64,000 nucleotides of DNA from Dehalococcoidia bacterium. GTDB taxonomy: Bacteria > Chloroflexota > Dehalococcoidia > Lucifugimonadales > Australimonadaceae. The position numbers and the translations under genes are program-made. The notes under the pieces were generated by a model. That model was not told the DNA's origin, did not search any database, and worked only from the letters and a program-made list of their open reading frames with translations. The stretch covers positions 1,009,467 to 1,073,466 of the forward strand of contig OZ220670.1 of NCBI GenBank assembly GCA_965116255.1, in the 5' to 3' direction. Shown here piece by piece: positions 58,901 through 64,000 of the stretch (within the stretch, counting starts at the first letter, position 1; each line of letters starts with the position of its first letter).

Positions 58901-60370
58901 TGGGACGTGCCGGCCTTCGGCCTCCTGGGGCTCGGCTCCGTCCTCGTCATGGTGCTGACCGGGCGTTCGGCTTGGCCGATCGACAGGCTCTGGAAGGCAG
59001 TGGGGTGGGCGCTCGCCTTCTGGCTGCTGGTCTACTTCCTGTGGCTCCCCTTCCACCAGGACTACCTCGCACCCTACGCGGGCCTCAAGCTCAGCCAGTG
59101 GCGGACGGTACTGTGGCACTACCTGGGCATCCATGGCCTCCTCCTGCTCGCCGCATGCTCGTGGCTGGGAATGGAGGCGTACAGCCGCCTCCTCTCACAG
59201 AGGCGCTCGGTTGCACCGCGCGCGATAGGGGTTGCGCTGGCCGTCGTGATCGCCGTCGTCGCCAGCGTCTCGGAGCTGAGAGTGTGGCTAACCGTTGCAG
59301 TGCTTGCCGCGTTCGGCGCCGCCACTCTGGCGTTGCTCATCTGGTGGCTCGGCCGGCTGCGCAAACCGGATGCGCCCATTCACATCCTGCTCCTCGGGAT
59401 GCTGGGCATGGCGTTCGCCATCGGCGTAGGCGTCGACTTCGTGACGGTCGAGAACGACATTGACCGGATGAACACCGTGTTCAAGACCTACCTGAATGCA
59501 TGGGTGCTCTTCGGTATCGTGGGGGGCGTCGGGCTCTGGCAGTTATGGGCGTCTGGCCGGCTGCGGCTGGATCGCGCCATCTGGCTACCCGCCGTGGGCG
59601 TGGCCGCAGCCCTCGTGGCCATCGGGCTGCTGGCACTGCTTGCGTACTGGCTCATGGTGGCGGCCCTGGCCATGGCCGCCGCCGCGGTGGGGGCATTCGT
59701 CGTCCGCTCCGCGTTGCGCGACCGCTCCCAGCTTGCGCTGGTCGCCGCGAGAGGGTGGGCCGCCCTCCTCCTGCTCGCCGTGATTTCCGCCTCCGTCTTC
59801 CCCATCCTTGGCACCAAGGCGCGCCTCGCGGATCGCTTCGGGCCAACCGCGCTCACCCTGGACGGCCGCGCGTACCAGCAGCCGTACGGCTACGTCGACC
59901 CGGGGCCGAACGGCCGAGCCGATTCGCCGTTGTCCGCGTACGACTTCGCCGACGACGCAGAGGCGCTTGACTACATGCGCGACAACATAAGCGGCTCGCC
60001 CGTTGTCATGGAGGCAGTAACGACACAGTACCGGTGGACTCCGCGGGTGGCCGTCTACACTGGGTTGCCGGTCGTCGTTGGCTGGGAGTGGCACCAGATA
60101 CAGCAGCGTGGTGAAGGCGGCGCAACTCCTGCCAACGTGCTGGCAAGGGTCTCCGACGTGCGCTGGTTCTACAGCACGCCCGACCCTGCGGTTGCGATGT
60201 CGCTCGTCGATCAGTACAATGTGTCTTACATTTATGTAGGAGCAACGGAGCGCCTCTACTTCGGGGAAGGCGTCGGAGAAGGGTTTGAGGGCCTGGTCGG
60301 CGATCGACTCGATCGCTTCTTTGCCAATGAGACGGTGACCGTCTACCGCGTCCGCGAGCAGGCCAACTGA
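55937..60370 (+). CDS. giant polytopic membrane protein: N-terminal GT-C-fold glycosyltransferase-like (PMT_2/ArnT-like) region fused to a DUF2298 (Chlor_Arch_YYY) domain
   Basis: Dozens of predicted TM helices. The central segment …[36 protein letters not shown]… carries the diagnostic YYY motif of DUF2298. The N-terminal part (…[10 protein letters not shown]…) resembles GT family 39/83 membrane glycosyltransferases. The start is uncertain: the ORF is open from 55802 and GTG 55937 was chosen. Confidence 0.7.
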   Translation: [1477 protein letters not shown]

Positions 60371-60391
60371 TATGCTAACTGCGCCATCGCC

Positions 60392-60709
60392 ATGATTGCC
60401 GAAACCGTTCGCGACATCCTCTTGAGCGTCTATCTGGCGGCGGGAATAGCCCTGACGCTGGTGCTCATCGTCGCCGCCTTCTTCGTTACAAAGGCGTTGC
60501 TGGGGCTGATTCGCGCGGCCAAAAGGCCCCTGGAGGGTTTCGGCGAAGTTGCGGACGCCACCGTGGAGCACATCGCCAAACCGCTGCGCGAGGGCGTATC
60601 GATTGGCAACGTCGCCGGCAACGCGGCGGGCTTCACTGCCGGATTCGTGAGCGGTTTTCTCGGAAGGATGCGCCGCGGCAGTGACGGCAAGGACAAGCGC
60701 AAGCGCTAG
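60392..60709 (+). CDS. hypothetical small membrane protein
   Basis: One TM helix (IALTLVLIVAAFFVTKALLGLI) and a basic C-terminus. 105 aa. Confidence 0.4.
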   Translation: MIAETVRDILLSVYLAAGIALTLVLIVAAFFVTKALLGLIRAAKRPLEGFGEVADATVEHIAKPLREGVSIGNVAGNAAGFTAGFVSGFLGRMRRGSDGKDKRKR

Positions 60710-61533
60710 GACGCCTTGTAGCGCGGGTACGACCCGAAGGTCTTTAACAGCGACGCCATCTCTCTCACTTCCTCCAGCGCCGCACGAACAGGCGCATCCA
60801 GGCGATGGCCATCGATGTCGATGAGGAAGTAGTACTGCCCAAGTCCCATCCGCGTCGGCCTCGATTCGATCTTGCTCAGGTTGAGCCCGCGATTGGCAAA
60901 TTCACCGATCACCTTGTAGAGCTGACCCGGCTTGTCCTCGTCGAACGAGATGCAGATGGAGGTCTTGTCGTCGCCCGTTTGGGGATGGTCTTCGGCTCCT
61001 AGCACGACGAAACGCGTCGTATTCGACGGGTCGTCCTCTATGCCTGCTGCGAGCACTTCCGCGCCGTAGAGGCGCGCTGCGCGCAGTGGTGCGACGGCGG
61101 CCGCCTCCTCCTCGTCCATCGCCTGCGCAACCGCGGCCGCCGTGCTGAGCGACGCCGCAGCGCTTGCCCTATCGAGCGGTGGGCTGGACAGGTAGCGGGT
61201 GCATTGTGCCAGTGCCTGCGGATGCGAGTACACCGTGCGGATCGCGGCCAGTGCGGTGCCCGGCCGCGCAACGAGGTTGTGGACGATCGGCAGGGCCAAC
61301 TCCCCGCGAAGCTGAGGCGCACCCGCTCCGTGAATGAGCAGGTCCAGCGTATCGGTGACCGCCCCTTGCAGGCTGTTCTCGATGGGGACCACCGCCGCGT
61401 CCGCCTCACCGGCGGCAACCGCGCTCGCCGTCGCGTGGATGGTCGGGTAGGGCGCCAGCTCCGCCTGGGGCGCGTAGCGGGTCGCAGCCTCCTCCGTGAA
61501 GGTGCCTGCGGGGCCCAGGAAGGCGACGCGCAT
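60706..61533 (-). CDS. pheA: prephenate dehydratase (PDT domain + ACT domain)
   Basis: MRVAFLGPAGTFTEEA… and the conserved …ESRPTR… TRF-like region plus a C-terminal ACT domain. 275 aa. Confidence 0.88.
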   Translation of the reverse strand: MRVAFLGPAGTFTEEAATRYAPQAELAPYPTIHATASAVAAGEADAAVVPIENSLQGAVTDTLDLLIHGAGAPQLRGELALPIVHNLVARPGTALAAIRTVYSHPQALAQCTRYLSSPPLDRASAAASLSTAAAVAQAMDEEEAAAVAPLRAARLYGAEVLAAGIEDDPSNTTRFVVLGAEDHPQTGDDKTSICISFDEDKPGQLYKVIGEFANRGLNLSKIESRPTRMGLGQYYFLIDIDGHRLDAPVRAALEEVREMASLLKTFGSYPRYKAS

Positions 61534-61535
61534 TC

Positions 61536-62201
61536 CTACGGTCTCCTGGCCAGCACCTGACGCAGCGCCTCTTCCTGCTCGGGTGTCGTTACGGCCAAGA
61601 CCTCGTCGCCGGGCTCGAACCGCAGGTCCCGGCTCGCCTGCTGCGTCGAGCCGTCCTTACGGATGACCGCCGTGACGGACGTCCCGGGCGGGATGGCGAG
61701 CTCGCCTACGGTTCGCCCTACCACGTCGGACGTCGGAGAGAGGTGAACGCAGACCACCCCGCAGCTGCCGCCGCGCAGCGAGAAGACGTGAACGAGCGAA
61801 TCGGTCGGCAACTCATCCTCGATGCGCGCGAGCAACAGCTCCGTCGCGCTGATGGTCACGTCGACGCCCAGGTGCCTGAACAGCGGTGCATTCTCCGGGT
61901 CCCATACGACAGACATCGTGCGGGGCACGTTGAAGACGTGCTTGACGACCTGGCAAGCGACCAGGTTCACGCCGTCGTTGCCCGTCGTCGCCACGAGCAG
62001 GTCGCAGCGGCTCGCGCCCGCCTCCCGCAGCACGGTCGGCTCCGTACCGTCTGAGGTGATGACGATGCTGCCAAGCGAATCGCGGCACGCATCGGCGCGC
62101 ATGGGTTCGCGCTCGATGACCACTGCTTCATTGCCCGATGAGAGCAGCTCGCGCGCGAGGTGAAAGCCTATGCTGCCTGCACCGACGACGATTGCATACA
62201 T
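61536..62201 (-). CDS. TrkA/KtrA-type K+ uptake regulatory protein (RCK N + C domains)
   Basis: GAGSIG (Rossmann fold), TrkA_N then TrkA_C (…VGRTVGELAIPPGTSVTAVIRKDG…). 221 aa. Confidence 0.8.
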   Translation of the reverse strand: MYAIVVGAGSIGFHLARELLSSGNEAVVIEREPMRADACRDSLGSIVITSDGTEPTVLREAGASRCDLLVATTGNDGVNLVACQVVKHVFNVPRTMSVVWDPENAPLFRHLGVDVTISATELLLARIEDELPTDSLVHVFSLRGGSCGVVCVHLSPTSDVVGRTVGELAIPPGTSVTAVIRKDGSTQQASRDLRFEPGDEVLAVTTPEQEEALRQVLARRP

Positions 62202-62203
62202 GG

Positions 62204-62605
62204 CTAGCGGCCTGCCTCGAGCACCATATCGGCGGCAATCTGCGTTGGGCTGACGGGTTTCAGCCCCAGCCCACGGTACAGGTCGCGGCGAACCGGGTCG
62301 TTCAACCGGCAGACGACATTCGGCACATTGAAGGTGATCTGGGCGATCTGCGCTGCGAGCGCGTTGGTCGTGTCTTGCGCGGCAAGCGCGACGAAAACGT
62401 CGGCGTCCTCGATGCCGGCACGCCGCAGTCCATCTGCAGAGGCACCGTCGAGCACGAGCATCTGAAGGTTCTCGTGCGCGCGAAGTCTCCGAAAATTCTC
62501 GGTCACGTGATCGAGGACAACTACGCTGTCGCCCCGATCGAGTAGCGATTGGATAACCATCGCGCCAAGGCGCCCGCAGCCCAGGACCACCACCTTACGC
62601 GCCAT
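62204..62605 (-). CDS. TrkA-N (RCK N-terminal, NAD-binding) domain protein
   Basis: VLGCGRLG Rossmann motif. 133 aa. No TrkA_C domain. Confidence 0.7.
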   Translation of the reverse strand: MARKVVVLGCGRLGAMVIQSLLDRGDSVVVLDHVTENFRRLRAHENLQMLVLDGASADGLRRAGIEDADVFVALAAQDTTNALAAQIAQITFNVPNVVCRLNDPVRRDLYRGLGLKPVSPTQIAADMVLEAGR

Positions 62606-63050
62606 TGCCCTCGTAGTACCTCCGCACAGGCTCGCGGTCTACGATGACGCGGCTCGTGCTGTGCTTCAGGATATAGGCAATGGTCTCACCAAGCGACGGG
62701 ACTCCGAAGCGTTCCTCATGCGGCGTGCCAATCACGATGACGACCGCGTCACGATGCCTCGCCTCTTCGACGATGGCAGGGCCCCAGTCGCGGGCCTGCA
62801 GCATGGCCCCCTCGGCACGGCAACGGTTACGCTTGGCTATCGCCTCCATGCGCCGCAGGACAGCCTCTACTCTGGCCAATTCCGGCGATTCAGCGTCGAG
62901 CGGCATCTCCCGTGGAACGTTGAGGACGTAGAGAACCAGGACGGTGGCACGCTTTTGGTGCTTGGCCAGCTCGCACGCCAAGCCAACCGCCGACTCATCC
63001 GCCGTGTTGCCGCTGACCGGAACGAGGATGGTTGTTGGGTTGGAAGCCAC
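62595..63050 (-). CDS. universal stress protein (UspA family)
   Basis: ILVPVSGN… and the C-terminal G-x2-G-x9-G(S/T) ATP-binding-like motif (…IGTPHEERFGVPSLGETIAYILKHSTSRVIV). Confidence 0.75.
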   Translation of the reverse strand: MASNPTTILVPVSGNTADESAVGLACELAKHQKRATVLVLYVLNVPREMPLDAESPELARVEAVLRRMEAIAKRNRCRAEGAMLQARDWGPAIVEEARHRDAVVIVIGTPHEERFGVPSLGETIAYILKHSTSRVIVDREPVRRYYEGNGA

Positions 63051-63058
63051 CTGCTACG

Positions 63059-63733
63059 TCACGACCTAACGCCCTGCGGCTTCACGCGCTCCACCGCCGT
63101 CTCCGTCCCCGCCACCACAAGGACATCGCCCGTCTTGACCACCTCGTCCTTCGACGGCGAGATGATGGGCTCGTGCCCGCGTCGTATCGCGACGACGGCC
63201 GCGCCGTATCGATCGCGTGCCGTCGCAAACCCACACTCCTCGAGCGTGCGTCCCACCATCTGCGCCGTGGCGTTGACCTTGCTGAAGCCGTACTCGCTCG
63301 TCAGCTCCATGTATTCCAGCGTCGCCACTCGAAACAGGCTGTGGGCCGTTCGGACGCCAGTCTCCTGCTCCGGGTACACGACGCGGTCGGCGCCCACGCC
63401 GGTTAGCGTGCGTCCGTGCAACTCTGTCGTCGCCCGCGCGACCACTTCCGGCACCTGAAACTGCTGCTTGAGCAGAACGGTCGCAAGCACGCTCGATTGA
63501 ATGTCCGTGCCAATCGCCACCACGGCGGTGTCGAAGTGCTGGATGCCCACCTCTTCGAGGAACTCAGCCATCGTTGCATCGCCGGCGACCGCGTAGGTGA
63601 CTTGCCCCATCATCTGCTGCGTCAGGACGATGTCGCGGTCAATCACCAGTACGTCGTGGCCAATGCGGTAGAGCTCGCGCGCTATCGATATTCCGAACCG
63701 CCCCATGCCGATGACCGCAACCTGGTGCGCCAT
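63059..63733 (-). CDS. ktrA: TrkA/KtrA-type K+ uptake regulatory protein (RCK N + C domains)
   Basis: VIGMGRFG Rossmann motif and a TrkA_C domain (…VGRTLEECGFATARDRYGAAVVAIRRG…). Immediately downstream of ktrB on the same strand. Confidence 0.8.
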   Translation of the reverse strand: MAHQVAVIGMGRFGISIARELYRIGHDVLVIDRDIVLTQQMMGQVTYAVAGDATMAEFLEEVGIQHFDTAVVAIGTDIQSSVLATVLLKQQFQVPEVVARATTELHGRTLTGVGADRVVYPEQETGVRTAHSLFRVATLEYMELTSEYGFSKVNATAQMVGRTLEECGFATARDRYGAAVVAIRRGHEPIISPSKDEVVKTGDVLVVAGTETAVERVKPQGVRS

Positions 63734-63748
63734 TCGTGCCTCCCGTCA

Positions 63749-64000
63749 CTATCCAATTCTGACACGTTCTTGTGCGTAGCGGTATACCGCACGCCGTTCC
63801 CTAAGGGCCAATCCCAGCGCAATGGTGAGCGGCCCGATCCTGCCCACGTACATGCCGACCGTCAGCAGCAATTGACCTGGCTCGCTGACGATGGAGGTGA
63901 TGCCGCGCGATAGCCCCACCGTCCCGAAGGCCGAGGTCGCCTCAAACAGGAGGTCGGCAAATCTGAAGACACCGGCATCTACCTTTGCCGACTCCGTGAT
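63749..64000 (-). CDS. ktrB: K+ transporter KtrB/TrkH family, C-terminal part (gene continues beyond the 3' window edge)
   Basis: Minus-strand translation gives …FEATSAFGTVGLSRGITS…GRIGPLTIALGLA… (selectivity-filter-like GLS/GxG region and last TM helices), ending at TAG. Confidence 0.75.
   Translation of the reverse strand: MTESAKVDAGVFRFADLLFEATSAFGTVGLSRGITSIVSEPGQLLLTVGMYVGRIGPLTIALGLALRERRAVYRYAQERVRIG

Overview
This is a GC-rich (~68-70%) bacterial chromosomal segment. Gene content suggests Chloroflexota (inference only: a giant Chlor_Arch_YYY/DUF2298-type membrane protein, and an 11-gene nuo operon without nuoEFG). Most of the window is core metabolism and information processing. From the 5' end: rplI-dnaB followed by an unusual tandem-duplicated DnaC/DnaI-like loader overlapping a HIT protein and crcB; leuS; a convergent SbcC/Rad50-like ATPase; a uridine-kinase-like P-loop protein and an AlkD-like repair protein; a TolB-like propeller; a thermolysin-type (HExxH...NExxSD) metalloprotease-like protein; an EF-G paralog with a degenerate switch II; etfBA plus a methyltransferase; amidohydrolase, class V aminotransferase, ABC exporter and cupin; trpEGDCFB (no trpA); nuoABCDHIJKLMN; a LOG-like gene, eno, gap, a NYN protein, a ~1480-aa GT-C/YYY membrane protein; pheA; and a K+-uptake cluster (ktrB, ktrA, usp, two more TrkA-like genes). 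There are two accessory islets. (i) 19.7-21.4 kb holds a frameshifted IS5-family (DUF772) transposase remnant and a vapBC module. (ii) A ~5.2-kb segment is bounded by two ~135-nt imperfect direct repeats (29331-29470 and 34448-34575), the second abutting the 3' end of tRNA-Val(GAC). It carries a DEAD-box helicase with an N-terminal Zn-ribbon and atypical codon usage, an SPFH protein, a 5'-truncated Fic gene and gene debris. No CRISPR array or rRNA was seen. Many long antisense ORFs in the supplied ORF track are GC-driven artefacts.
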